Source of the DNA: Mobula hypostoma
Lineage: Eukaryota
Direction: 5' to 3'
DNA length: 64,000 bases
NCBI RefSeq assembly: GCF_963921235.1
Contig: NC_086108.1
Coordinates: forward strand, 13,826,001 to 13,890,000
The notes beneath the pieces are model-generated. The model did no database searches, was not told where the DNA came from, and saw nothing but the letters and a program-made list of their open reading frames with translations. How positions within the stretch are numbered: the stretch's first letter is position 1; each line of letters starts with the position of its first letter. This document shows, piece after piece, positions 12,060 through 25,609 of the stretch. Both the position numbers and the translations under genes were made by a program.

Positions 12060-12480
12060 TCTCTGCTTTTTCTCTGGGTGTTTTGTTACCTCTCTTTGCT
12101 TTCCTTCCTTCCCTTTTCAAAGAGTGATTATTACAACTTCGTGGGGTGTCACATTTACTTTCAAATTAACTGAGTTAACAGCAAGTATCACTCTGACACT
12201 CCCAGCACTCTTTCAAGCTCTTTGTGCTAATCTTTGACATAAGCATCCCCTTTCTGATCATCCTACACCTTGTTAGGTAGGGGGTCTGGATCCAGAGGCC
12301 CCACTATTTTCTTTCTGGGAGCAAGTTTGCTCTGAACTATTGACCCTGCTTGTTGAGGGCCTCCCACTGCTCTGAGGCGGATTTACCTTTAAGGAGTTGT
12401 TTCCAGTCCTCTTTTGCTGAATCACTTCCCAGTCTATTAAAACTGGCTTGAACCCAAGCGAGGATCTTTCAAGCATAGAA
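12060..12480 (-). mobile_element. Old CR1 ORF2 fragment
   Basis: Frames give SFNRLGSDSAKEDWKQLLKGKSASEQWEAL and RKAKRG, matching the CR1 APE-RT linker. Confidence 0.6.
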
Positions 12481-12726
12481 CTGTAGAGCACAGGAAAAGG
12501 ATGCTCAGCTCAGAATGCTCATGCCAACCATGATGCCAACATAAACCAATCCCAAACACAAGAGATTCTGCAGATGCTGGAAATCACACAAAATACCGGA
12601 GGAACTCAGCAGGTCAGGCAGCAACTATGGAGAGAAATAAACAGTCACCATTTTGTGATAAGACTCTTTATCAAACTCATCAGTCTGCACATAATCCATA
12701 TGCTACCATTCCTGTCATTGCGGCTG

Positions 12727-13283
12727 CACTCACAACACGCTGGAGGAACTCAGCAGGTCGGGCAGCTTCCGTGGAAAAGGTCGGTCGACGTTTCGGGCCG
12801 GAACCCTTCCTCAGGACTGAAGAGGGGAGGGGGCAGAGGCCCTATAAGAGGGTGGGGAGAGGGTGGGAAGGAGAAGGTTGGTAGGTTCCAGGTGAAAAAC
12901 CAGTAAGGGGAAAGATAAAGGGGTGGGGGAGGGGGAGGCAGGGAGGTGACAGGCAGGAAAGGTGAAGAAGGAATAGGGGAAAACACAATGGGTATTAGAA
13001 GGAGGCGGAACCAAGAGGGCGGGATAGGCAGCTGGGGGAGGGGCAGAGTGAAATAGGGATGGGGAAGGGAGGGGGAGGGAATTACCAGAAGTTGGATAAT
13101 TCTATGTTCACACCAAGGGGCTGGAGACTACCTAGACAGTATATGAGGTGTTGCTCCTCCAACCTGAGTTTAGCTTCATCATGGCAGTAGAGCAGGCCAT
13201 GTATGGACATATCTGAATGGGAATGGGAAGCAGAGTTGAAGTGGGTGGCTACTGGGAGATCCTGTCTGTTGTGGCGGACGGAT
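12727..13283 (-). mobile_element. Penelope-like element 3' end + pLTR, subfamily B
   Basis: ORF 13082-13291 (VATHFN...EQHLIYCLGSLQPLGVN); pLTR matches 50847-51172. Confidence 0.9.
12783..12818 (-). ncRNA. Minimal hammerhead ribozyme motif
   Basis: Minus strand TCAGTC-CTGAGGA-A-GGG TTCCGG CCC-GAAAC-GTC-GACCGA. Confidence 0.75.
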
Positions 13284-16200
13284 CCCGTCATTGTGGCTGT
13301 CTGAATGCCTCTTAACCATTACTACTGTGTACCTTCCCCAGTTTTGCTCCTGTTTTGGTCACTGTTCTTTTCCACGACTGAGTTAATTTAGTTGACTTAT
13401 GGGGACTATTACAATCTGTTCTCACACAGCAATTCCTTCCACCTGCCCAGCTACATTTTAGAAAACTGAACCTGGAACTGCCTGGGTGTGACAGCTTCAG
13501 GCAAAAAAATGCAAATCCATCCCAAATGAGAGTCTAAGTCAATTTTATTATCATATACAGAACTTGTACACACAGATGCAATGAAAAACCTACCTGGACC
13601 ATAAGACATTGAAGCAGAATTAGGCTATTCGGCCCGTCAAATCCACTGCCATTTCATCATGACTGATCTATTTCTCTCTCAACCTCATTCTCTGTAACCT
13701 TTCACACCTGACTAATCACGAACCAATCAATCTCCACCTTAAATACGTCCAACCTCTTGGCATTCCAAAGTCATTTGTGGCAATGAATTTCACAAATTCA
13801 CCGACCTCTAGCTAAAGAAATTCCTTGCATCATCTCTGTTCTAAATAGACATCTCTCTATTCTGAGGCTGTGCCCTCTGGCCCTAGGCTCTCCCACTATA
13901 GGAAACATCCTCTCCTCATCCACTCTATCGAGGCCTTTCAACATTCAATAGGTTTCAATGAGATTCCCCCTCATTCTTTTAAATTCCAGCGAGTTTCGGA
14001 CCTGAGCCAACGAATGCACCACCTATGATAAGCCTTCCAATCCTGGAATCATTTTTGTGAACTTCCTTTGAACCCTCTCCAATGTCAGCACATCCTTTCT
14101 TAGATACTCCAATACTCCAAGTGAGGCCTCACCAGTGCTTTATAAAGCCTCAACATTACATCCTTGTTTTCCTACTCTAGTCCTCTTGAAATGAATGCTA
14201 ACATTGCACTTGCCTTCCACGCTATTGACTCAACCTACAAATTAGCCTTTAGAAAATCCTGCACAAGGACTCCCAAGTCCCTTTGCACCTCAGATTTTTG
14301 AAGTTTCTCTCCATTTAGAGGATAGTCTACACTTTTATTCCTTTACCAAAGTGCATGACCATACCCTTCTCTGTCACTTTTTTTGCCCAATCGATCACGG
14401 CGAATGAAGATGACACCAGTGAACAATGCAACCAAAGGAGATAACCTTCAGGCAGTTCATGGAATTACTTCTTCCACTTCCTTCACACCTCCTCCTCCTT
14501 TCAAATATGTTCAGCGACTGTAGTTTGATGTGAGCGAGCTAGCATGTTGCTTTCTCTGAGAGAAATTGATGAGTGTTCAAGCAAAGCCTGCGGCCTGGAA
14601 ATAATGCTCTATCCATGCCAGTATTTTTCTTGTAATACATGGGCTCTTATCTTGCTAAGCAGCCTCATGTGAGGTACCTTGTCAAAAGCCTTCAGAAAAT
14701 TCAGGTACACAACATCCACCGATTCTCCTTTAATTATCCTGCTTGTCATTTTCTCAAAGAATTCCAACAGGTTCCCACTCCCCACCCCTGTAAACAGTGT
14801 TGCAGGGGGATGGGAACCAGAGTGCCAAAACAGCGAGTGGAGAGTTTGTGGAGACAGATGTTAGTGAAACCTCAGGCAAAGTCAGGAATCAAAAAGTTAA
14901 GCACGGTGCGACTAGTGGCTTGAGCTGTGTATATTTCATTGCAGGTAATATTGTAGGAAAGGTGGATGAACTCAGGTCATAGATCAACCCCTGGAGTTAT
15001 GACATTGTAGCCAGTAGTGAGGCTTGGTTGCAAGAGGGGCAGGACTGGCAGCTCAGTATTCTAGGGTTTCATTGTTTTAGACGCAACAGAGCAGGAGGGC
15101 TTAAAGGAGGATGGTTGGCATTACTAGTCAGGGACAATGTGACAGCAGTGCTCAGTCAGGACAGACTGAAGTTTTTGTCTAACAAGGTGTTATGGTTGGA
15201 ACTGAGAAATAAGAAAGGTATGACCATGTTAATGGGCTATATTGCAGACCACCCTGACAGTCCGAGGGATTTAGAGGAACAAATTTGAAGAGAGATCGTA
15301 GACTGTTGCAAGAAACATAAAGTTGAGGATTTGAAATTTCCACACATTGACTGGGACTCCATACTGTAAAACGACTAGATGGGATAGAGTTTGTCAAATG
15401 TATTCAGGAAAGTTTCCTTAATCAGTGTGTAGAAATTGCAGCGAGAGAGTGTGCAATACTGGATCTGCTGTTACGGAATGAGACAAAGCAGGTGACAAAA
15501 GTTTGTGTAGGGGAACACTTTACATCTAGTGATCACATAAGCCATTAGTTTCTAAGTAAATATGCAAAAAGATAGGTTTGGTCCACAGGTTGAGATTCTA
15601 AATTGGAGAAAGGCCAACTTTGATGGTATCAGAAATGATCTGGCAAGTGTGGGCTGGGACTGGAAAATTATACTTTTAAGTGGTCAGCATTCTAAGGTGA
15701 AATTTTGAGGGTACTAAGCTTCATGTCCCGGTCAGAATATCAGGTGTAGGAAGCCTTGGTTTTCAAGAGATATTGAGCCTTTGGTTAAGAGCGAAAAAAA
15801 AGATGTGCATAGCGGGTATAAACAAGTAGGAACAATGAGGTATGTATGGAGTACAAGAAATGCAAGAGAACACTTAAGAAAGAAATCAGGAGTGCTAAAA
15901 GAAGGGATGCAGACAAGGCAGAAGCAGACAATATGACAGAGAGATTCTACAGATATGTTAAGAGCAATATGATTGCAAGGGACAATATTTGTCCTCTGTT
16001 AAGAGACCAGATTGGTAATCCATGTGTGGAGCCAAAAGAGATGGGGGAGATCTGAAATAAAAATTTTGCATCTGTATTAACTCAGGAGATGGGCACAAAC
16101 TCCATAGAAGTGAGACAAAGTGCCATCAACTTCATGGACCCTAAACAAATTACAGAGGAGGAGGTGTTGTTCTGAGGCAAATTAGGGTGGGTAAATCCCC

Positions 16201-16600
16201 AGGGCCTGACAAAGTGTTCCCTTGGACCCTATGGGAGGCAATTGCAAAAACTGCAGGGGCCCTAGCAGAGATATTTAAATCATCCTTAGTGACAGGGCAG
16301 GTACCAGAAGATTGGAGATAGCTGAGGCTGTTCTGTTGTTTAAAAAAGGCTCTAAACATAAACCAGGAAATTATAGACAGGTGAGTCTGACATCAGTTGT
16401 GGGAAAGTTATTGAAAGGTATTCTAAGGGGCCGAACACAGAAGTATTTGGACTGATTAAGAACAGTCAGCATGGCTCGTGCATGGTAGGTCACGTCTAAC
16501 CAATATTATAGATTTTTCAAGGAAGTTACCAGGAAAGAGAATGTAGGCAAGGATGTGGACTTTGTCTACATGGGCTTTAGCAAGGCATTTGACAAGGTCC

Positions 16601-18128
16601 GAAAGCTTACGAAAGGTTCGAGAAACTAGGTACTAATAGAGATCTAGAAAATTACAAAGTTACCAGGAAGGAGTTTATGAATGAAATTAGGAGAGCCAGA
16701 AGGGGCCGTGAGAAAGCCTTGGCAAGCAGGATTAAGGAAAACCCCAAGGCATTCTACAAGTATGTGAAGAGCAAGAGGATGAGCCGTGTGAGAATAGGAC
16801 CAATCAGGTGCGATAGTGGAAACATTTGCATCAAGTTGGAGGATGTAGCAGGGATACCTAATGAATAATTTGCTTCAGTATTCACCAAGATAAAGGACCT
16901 TGGCAATTGTGGGGATGACTTGCTGCGGACTGAAACAATTGAGCTTCAAAGTCCATTTAGGAATCCGATGGCAGAGGGGAAGAAGCTGTTCCTGAATCAC
17001 TGAGTGTGTGCCTTCAGGCTTCTGTATCTCCTAAGTGATGGTAACAGTGAGAAAAGTGCATGCCCTGGGTGCTGGAGGTCCTTAATAAAGGACGCTGCCT
17101 TTCTGAGACACCGCTTCCTAAAGATGTCCTGGGTACTTTGTAAGCCAGTACTCAAGATGGAGCTGACTAGATTTATAACCTTCTGCAGCTTCTTTCGGTC
17201 CTGTGCAGTAGCTCCTCCACACCAGACAGTGATACAGCCTGTCAGAATGCTCTTCACAGTGCAACTATAGAAGTTTTTGAGCGTATTTGTTGACATGCCA
17301 AATCACTCCAAACTCCTTATAAAGTATAGCCGCTGTCTTGCCTTCTTTATGAATGCATTAATATGCTGGGACCAGGTTAGATCCTCAGAGATCTTGACAC
17401 CCAGGAACTTGAAGTTGCTCACTCTCTCTACTTCTGATCCCTCTATGAGAATTGGTACATGTTCCTTTGTCTTACCCTTCCTGAAGTCCACAAACAGCTC
17501 TTTCGTCTTACTGACATTGAGTGCTAGGTTGTTGCTGTGGCACCACTCCACTAGTTGGCATATCTCACCCAGATAAGATCTTGGTCAGACCACACTTGGA
17601 GTATTGTATTCAGTTCTGGTCACCTCACTACAGGAAGAATGTGGTTACTATAGAGAGAGTGCAGAGAAGATTTACAGGGATGTTGCCTGGATTGGAGAGT
17701 GTGCCTTATGAGAATAGGTTGAGTGAACTTGGCCTTTTCTCCTTAGAGTGATGACCTGATAGAGGTGTATAAGATGATAAGAGCCATTGATCATGTAGAT
17801 AGTCAGGGGCTTTTTCCCAGGGCTGAAATGGCTAACATGACGGGCATAGTTTTAAGGTGCTTGGAAATAGGTACAAGGGGGATGTCAGGGGTAAGTTCTT
17901 CACACAGAGAGTGGTTGGTGTATAGAATGCATTGCCGGTGACGGTGGTGGAGGTGGATACAATAGGGTCTTTTAAGAGAATCCCTGATAGGTACATGGAG
18001 CTTAGAAAATAGAAGGCCATGTGGTAGGGTAATTCTAGACAGTTTCTAGAGTAGATTACATGGGCAACACAGCATTGTAGGCCAAAGGTCCTGTAATGTG
18101 CTGTAGATTTCTATGTTTTCTGTTCTAT
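16601..18128 (+). mobile_element. Second CR1 subfamily insert, internally deleted
   Basis: ORF 16677-16868 (IKENPKAFYKYVKSKR); [15 protein letters not shown] at 17580; (TTCTATG)-like tail to 18128. Confidence 0.8.
16945..17570 (-). mobile_element. Rex1/Babar RT C-terminal fragment
   Basis: ORFs 16997-17296 and 17303-17551; same family as 27350-28762. Confidence 0.88.
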
Positions 18129-20316
18129 GCCCCGCATAGGAGGTTGGTCAAGAAGATTTAGTCACTTGGAATTCAGGATGATACAGTGAATTGGATGAGA
18201 CATTGGCTTTGTGGGAGAAACCAAAGAGTGGTAGTAGATGGCTCCCTCTCTTACTGGACGCCTGTGACTAGCGGAGTGCCACAGAGGTCAGTGCGGGGTT
18301 CATTGTTGTTTGTCATCTGTATCAACAATCTGGGTGATAATGTGGTTAACCAACTTTGCAGATAACACCAAGACTGGGGGTGTAGTGGACAGCGAGGGAT
18401 GCTATCATATCTTGCAGTAGGATCTGGACCAGCAGGCAAAAATGGCCTGAAAAATGGCAGATGGAATTTAATGCAGACAAGTGCAAAGTGTTGCTGTTTG
18501 GAAAGAGCAACTAGGGAAGGTCTTACACAGTGAACGGGAGGGCACCGTGGAGTAGGGTAGGGCAAAGGGATCTGCGAATACACGCTCACAATTCATTGAA
18601 AGTGGCATCACAGGTTGATAGGGTCATAAAGAAAGCTTTTGGCAAATTGACCTTCATAAATCAAAGTATTGAGTACAGGAGGTAGAATGTTATATTGAAG
18701 TTGGAAAAGACATTGGTGAGGTGTAACTTGGAGTATTGTGTGCAGTTTTGGTTACCTTCCTACAGGAAAGACGTAACTAAGGTTGAAAGAGTACAGAGAA
18801 AATTTACAAGAATTTTGGGGGTCTGGAGAACCTGAGCTATAAGGAAAGATTGAACAGGCTAGGACTTTATTCCTTGGAATGTAGGAGATTGAGAGGAGAG
18901 TAAATAAAGGTATACAAAATGATGACGGGTATAGACAGGGTAAATGCAAGCAGGCTTTTTCCACTGAGGTTGGGTGATTCTATATCTAAACGTCATGGAT
19001 TAAGGGTGCCAGGTGAGAAGTTTAAGGAGAACATGAGGAGAAATATCTTCACTCAGAGGGTCATGTGAGTGTGGAATGAGCTGCCAGCAGAAGTGGTGGA
19101 TGTGGGTTCAATTTAACATTTAAGAGAAGTTTGTATAGGTACATGATGGTGGGGTATGGAAGGCTATGGTCTGGGTGCAGATTGATGGATGTGGCAATTT
19201 AATTGGTTTGGCATAGAATAGATGGGCCAACGGGCCTCTTTCTGTGCTGCATTTTCCTATGACTCTATTTGATAAGCAAGAATTTCCTGTAAGGAAACCA
19301 TAGTGACTTTGGCCCATTTTATCATGTATTTCCAAGTACTCGTGAAACCTCATCCTTGACGATCGACTCCAACAGCTTCCCAACCACTGAGGTCAGACTA
19401 ACTGGTCTATAATTTCCTTTCTTCTGCTTCTCTCCCTGCTTGAAGAGTGAAGTATCATTTGCAATTTTCCAGTCCTCCAGAACCATGCTAGATTTTTGAA
19501 AGATCATTACTAATGTCTCCACAGTCTCTTCAGCCATCTCTTTCAGAACCCTGGGGTGTAGTCCATCTGGTGCAGGTGACTTATCTACCTTCAGACCTTT
19601 CAGTTTCCCTAGCTCCTTCTCCTTAGTAACAGCAACTGCACTCATTTCTGTCCCCTGACATTCAAACACCTGGTATACCGCTAGTGTCTTCAACAGTGAA
19701 GACTGATGCAAAATACTTATTCAGTCCATCTGCCATTTCCTATATTCCCCATTACTAGCTCTCCAGTGTCATTTTCCAGCAGTCTGATATCTACACTTGC
19801 CTCTCTCTTACTCTTTGTGTATCTGAAAAATGTTTGGTATCCTCTCTGATATTATTGGCTTGCTTACCTTCATATTTCATCTTTTCCCTCCATATGGCTT
19901 TTTAGTTGCCTTTTGTTGCTTTTTAAATGCTTCCCTGCCCTCTAACTTCCCACAATTGTTTGCTCTATTGTATTACATGCCCACTCTTTTGCCCTTATGT
20001 TGGCTTTGACTTCCCTTGTCAGTCTCTGTTGTGTCATCCTGCCTTTAGAATGCTTCTTCTTTGGGATGTATCTGTCCTGCGCCTTCTGAATTGCTCCCAG
20101 AAATTCCAGCCATTGCTGTTCTGTGTCATCCCTGCTTGTGCCCCTTTCCAGTCAACTTTGGCCAGCTCCCTTCCCATGTCTCTGAAATTCACTTTTCTCC
20201 AATGTAATACTGATACATCAGAGTTTACCTTCTCCTTCTCAAACTGCAGGGTGAAATCTATCATATTATGATCACTGCCCTCAGGGTTCCTTAACCTTAA
20301 GCACCCTAATCAAATA

Positions 20317-21051
20317 CAGTCGGCCCCCCCGTCTGTGAGTTCCGCATACGCGAATTCAACCAACCGTGAATCGGGAAAACCCGGAAGTTCTCTCTCCAGC
20401 ATTCATTGTTCGCCTCGCATCTCGTTCATCCGCTAGTTTGTTTCTGTGAAAAAAATGGCTCCTAATAAACAATTACGTGGTCAACGCAATTCCTCAAAGG
20501 CTAAGAGGGAGCGTAAAGTGCTCTCTCTCACTGAGAAATTAGAAATATTAGATCTTTTGAAGTGGCATGTCGCATTCCGAAGTGGGCCGTAAGGTCGGCA
20601 AGAACGAATCGAGCATTCACACAATAAAGCAGAAAGAAGCTGAAATTCGTGGAAGTGTTAGTGCCAGGGATGGCTGGCTGGCTATGTAAAGCGCTGCAGC
20701 CTCAAGAACTTAAAGATCACGGGAGAATCGGGATCGGCTGATGCCGAGGCAGCATCAGCGTTCCCAGAAGAGCTACGATGGTTGTGTCTGTACTGAACAT
20801 ACACAGACTTTTTTTCTTGTCATCATTCCCTAAACAATACAGTATAACAACTGTTTACATAGCATTTACATTGTATTAGATATTATAAGTCAACAGAACA
20901 GAAACACTGCGAGCGGCGGGTCCTGTGCTGTCCTGGGTCCGAAAGTCCACCTGCACTGAGACAGGTTAAATAAGGGACTTGAGTATCCACGTTTTTTGGT
21001 ATCCGCGGAGGGTCTCGGAACCAATCCCTCGCGGATAAGGAGGGCCGACTG
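20317..21051 (+). mobile_element. Tigger/pogo-family internal-deletion derivative (MER2-like)
   Basis: TIRs CAGTCGGCCC.CC / GG.GGGCCGACTG, TA TSD on both sides; transposase N-terminus from 20455 (RKVLSLTEKLEILDLL..MSHSEVGRKVGKNESSI, CENP-B/psq HTH) then GWL...KITGESGSAD; no DDE domain. Confidence 0.92.
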
Positions 21052-21644
21052 TATAACACCCAACCTAGAATAGCTGTTCCTCTAGAGGGCTCAACTACAA
21101 GCTGCTCTAAGAAGAAAGCTTGTTGGTATTCTACGAATTCTCTCTTTATCCAGTACCAACCTGATTTTCCCAATCTACATGCATACCCTCATAACATGGC
21201 CCTTTTGACATGCATCTTCTTTCTCCCTTTGTAATATGTAATCCACATCCTGGCTACTGATCAGCAGCTTGTGAATAACTTCTGTCAGGATCTTTTCACC
21301 CTTGAGACTCCTGAACTCCACCCACAATGATTCTACATCTTCCAATCCTATCACACCTTTTTGTAATGATTTGTTTTCATTGTTCTACAAATAGAGCCAT
21401 GCCAACCCGTCTACCTACCTGCCTGACCTTTCGATACAATGTCTTTCCATGAATATTAAGCTCCCAACTGTGATCATCTTTCCACCACAGCTCGGTGATG
21501 CTCAAAACTTCATACCTGCCAATCTCTAACTGTGCTACAAGACCATTTACCTTATTTAATCACACTGTTTGATTTTATCCCCTGTTACACTGCAACTCAT
21601 TGCACTGACTATAATTTTGGCCTAACATCTGCCTGTCATGGAAC

Positions 21645-24600
21645 AGAGAACACAGAATAGTACAGCACAGGAGCAGGTCTTTTAGCCCACATGTTGTGCC
21701 AAGCCAGCTAAAAAGTACATAAAAAAAGACCCAAAAACTAATCCCTTGTACCTACACAATGTCCATATCCCACCATCTTCCTCATATTCATGTGCCTATC
21801 CAAACATCTCTCAAAAGCCTCTACTGTATTTGCCTCTACCACCGTACCAGGCAGCTCATTCCAGGCATCCACCACTCTCTGAGTAAAAAACTTAGCCCTC
21901 ACATCCCCTTTGAACCTACCCCCTCTCAACTTCAATGCATGCCCTCTGGTATTAGACTTTTCTACCCTGGGAATAAAACGCTCCCTGTCTGCTCTACCTA
22001 TGCCTCTCATAATCTTACAAACCTTTATCAGATCTCCCCACAGCCTCTGGCACTCCAGAGAAAACAACCCAAGTTCATCCAGCCTCTCATGATAGCACGT
22101 GCCCTCTAAACCAGGCAGCATCCTGGTAAACCTCTTCTGCGCCCTCTCCAAGGCCTCAACATCCTTCTTATATTGGCTGACCAGAATTGTACACAATACT
22201 ACAGATGTGGCCTCACCAGAGTTTTATGAAGTTGCAACATAACCTCGAGTTTTGAATTCAAACCATCGACTTAGAAAAGTAAGCATTCCATAAGCCTTCT
22301 TACCACCCTATTGACTTGTGCAACTACTTTCAAGGAATTTTGAAACTGGACCCCAAGCTCTCTCTGCTCAGCAACACTTAACAATTCCACCTCTGAAAGT
22401 GTACGATCCCTTGTATTTGCCTTACTGAGGTGCAACACCTCACATTTCTCTGGGTTAAACTCCACCTGCCATTTCTCTGCCTGTATATGCAACTGACTTA
22501 TACCACACAGTATCCTTTGCCAGTCTTCTACAACATTAACAGCTCCACCAATCATCCATAAACTTACTAACCCACCCACCTGCATTTTCATCCAGGCCGT
22601 TTGCTGTGATTGCTGTGAAACGCCACGAAGTACACACCTCCAGCTTGAATAAGTTCCTTCAACTACAACCCCCTGTCTTTTAAGTGCAAGTCAGTTCTGA
22701 ATCCAAACAGGCAATTTATCACCGTTCCCATGCGTCCTAATCTTCTCAATTTGCCTCCCATGAGTGACTTTTTCAAATAGCTTACTAAAATCCATGTAGA
22801 CAACATCCACTGCCCTACTTTCATCAATTTCACTCTCATCACATTGTCAAGTTGGTAAGATATGACCTGCCCCACACAAAGCCTTGCTAGTTCACCGTAA
22901 TCAGTCCATGGGTTTCCAAACACTCATATATCCTATCCCTAAGAATTTTTTCCAGCAATTTCCATACAACTAACGTGACACACACTGGTCTATAGTTTCC
23001 AGGGTTTTCCCTTGTTCCCTTTCTAAATAGAGGTACAATGCTAGCCACTCACCTGTTCCTAGGGAGGACAGGTAGATACTGGTCAAGGCTCCAGCAATCT
23101 CATCTTTTGCCTCCCTCAATAACTTGGAACTTATCTGCCTTCATACTCATTAGGAGGCCCAATGCTTTCCTCTCCTTGACCTCTAAATGCCCTAACATAG
23201 TTATACACTTAGCACTGATCTCCAGCTCCTCCATGTCCTTTTCCTTGAAGCAAAGTACTCATTAAGGACCTCCCTTCTCCACATTCTAGCAAATATTCCC
23301 CTCTTTATCCTTGAGTGGTCCTGCCCTCTCCCTAGTTATCTTCTTACTCTTGATGTATGTAAGGGGGTTTCAACTTTTATGTTACTGCGGAGGCTAATTA
23401 AAATGGCGTCTTTGTTATGTTAATCTGGGGAATGCGGCTTTGTTGTGTTAAACGCTGAGAAAGTTTGCGCTAGCAGCTTGTTTTTGTTTTAGAGTGTGAT
23501 AAGAGAGTGCTATTAACCAATTGGGATAGTTGTTATGGTTTTGGTGTATTTGAAGATACTGTATGCGCGGGGTTTTGGGGCAGAAGGTGGGAGAGCGAGA
23601 CAGAGGATGGACGATGTGCTGTGATGTCCGCTAAAGGGGTCGGACCCCGAGGAGGGCGTTCGGCGAGGAGACAGAGACGGACTCGTGTGGAGCGTCTGGT
23701 CGACCACCGTTGTTGGTCCCAGGCGGCCAGTCGAGGTGGTCCGAGGGGTCGCAGGGTGAAGAAGAAGGTCCTTGAGCTCCAACTTTTTTGTGCACGAAGA
23801 GATTGAACTTTGATAAGTGTGGCACCTTTTATTTTCCTTTTATATTTTATTCTCTCTTAATTATATAGATCCAGTAATATCTATAAACTGTATATCATTT
23901 AATTGCATCTGGTGTATTGTCTATTATTTGGGCGGGGTGGGGTACCTCACACAGCATCCACACAAACGAATTATCCAGTTTGCCGGGGCCGAGGCTGTTT
24001 CCCTAGACGACAGCGAGCCGAACGACCCTGAGGGTGGCCGGGGGCGGGGGGGGGGGTGCTACATATGTATAAGATGCCTCAGGATTCACCTTAATCCTAC
24101 TTTTAATCCTTACGAACTTCTCATGGCCCCTCCTGGCTTCCCTAATTCCCTTCTTTAGTTCTTTTCTGGCTTCTTTATAATCCTCATGTGTTTCGTTTGA
24201 TCCCGACTTCCAAAGCTTTACATACTTTTCCTTTTTCTTCTTGACTCAATTCATCACCTCTCTGGGCATCCAAGGCTCTTTTATCTTTCCATTCCATTCT
24301 TTCCTTCCAACAGGAACGTACCTTTCCTATACTCTGCGCAATTGATCTTTAAACATCCTCCACATTTCTGATGTAGACTTGCCAGAAAAAAAGAGTTCCC
24401 AATTAACACTCGTTAGTTTCAGCCTAATGCCCTCGTAATTTGCCTGACTCCAATTTAAGAGTGTCCCACAAGGACCATTCCTATCCTTATCTGTAGCTAC
24501 CCTGAAAGTTAAGAGATGTGGTCACTGTTCCCCAACTGCTCACCCACTGAAAGGTCAGTCACCTAGCCAAGGCTCATTCTCCAGTACTAGGTCTGGTACA

Positions 24601-25415
24601 ACCTCTCCTCTCATTGGACTGTCTACACATTGAGTTAAGAACCTCTCCTGGATACACTTAACAAATTATGCCTCTGCTAAACCCCTTGCACTAGAAAGGT
24701 CCCAATTTATATTCGGGAGTTGAAATCCCTCATGACAACAATCCTATTATTTTTACACATTTCCTTTCTTTGATTACATATCTATTCCTCAATGTTCTGG
24801 TAGTAGGGGTGGGGGGGGGGGAGGAGAAGCTGTAGTACTCCCCATCAGTTTGATTACACCCTTCCTATTCTTGATTTCTACCCAAATGGACTCAGAGTCT
24901 GACCCCTCCATTATGTCTCCTCTCAGTGCAGCTGTGATATTGTCCCTGATTAGAAGTGCAACTTCCCCCTTCTCTATCTTTTCTAAAACTTCGAAAACCT
25001 GGTACAATAATCATCCATTCCTGCCCCTCTCTCAGCCAAGTTTCAGTAATGTCTACAATATCGCAGTCCCATGTACTGATCACCCTTACCTATAATACAC
25101 AAAATACAAATATAAAATAAACACGCTTCAAACATCCGGCCTATCGTACCTGTTATTTTGATTTTGCCTTTCAACACTTTCCCTGACATCCAATCCTTCT
25201 CATACTGACCTGGGTCTCTGGTTTCCAACCCCCTGCAAAACTAGCCTAAAATCTCCCGAGTAGCATTAGCTAAGCTCCTGGCCAGGTATGGTTCCCCTCC
25301 AGTTCAGGTGCTACCCGTCCCTCTTGCATAGGTCACCTCTTCCCCGGAAAAGGTTCCAATGATCCAAGAACTTGAACCCTGGTCTGCTGCACTATCTCCT
25401 CACCACTCACCCATC
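21645..25415 (-). mobile_element. Long degraded CR1 LINE (ORF1 end, APE, RT, tail)
   Basis: ORFs 21738-22196, 22271-22591, 24892-25083 (DITETWLREGQEW); interrupted by solo LTR 23358-24063. Confidence 0.85.
23358..24063 (+). mobile_element. Solo LTR
   Basis: TGTA...TACA ends, CpG-rich non-coding body, cleanly interrupts CR1; probable tatg TSD (left copy overlaps the terminal TG). Confidence 0.75.
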
Positions 25416-25609
25416 CATGCTATCAGCCCACAAATGACCAACCAACCTTTCCTAACACACGCAGGTTTATCTGTGCAGACAACCTATGCATAGCAACACA
25501 AGCTAACTCCTTCCAAGAAGTTGAAGTACGACTTACAGCAGTCCTTGAAGCAATGAAGCAGTATTATGAAAAATGGTTTCTGAACCTAAATCCATCAAAA
25601 ACTCAAGTG

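Larger units (their letters stand above)
14795..19265 (+). mobile_element. CR1 LINE (APE-RT-3' tail), interrupted at 16600-18128
   Basis: APE 14930-15540, RT to FSKAFDKV at 16600, resumes PHRRLVKK at ~18130, tail ~19265. Confidence 0.85.
13600..21640 (-). mobile_element. CR1 LINE, outer element of a nest (pieces ~13600-14390, 14620-14775, 19268-20316, 21052-21640)
   Basis: 3' tail at 13600; RT ORF 19322-19711 (DKSPAPDGLHPRVLKE..NYRPVSLTS); APE remnants 20034-21600; sequence continues across 14775/19268. Confidence 0.8.

Noticed and set aside
12273..12491. 72-aa minus-strand ORF with a good acceptor, as a terminal exon
   Set aside because: Another frame gives CR1 linker sequence (DWKQLLKGKSASEQWEAL); it is an old CR1
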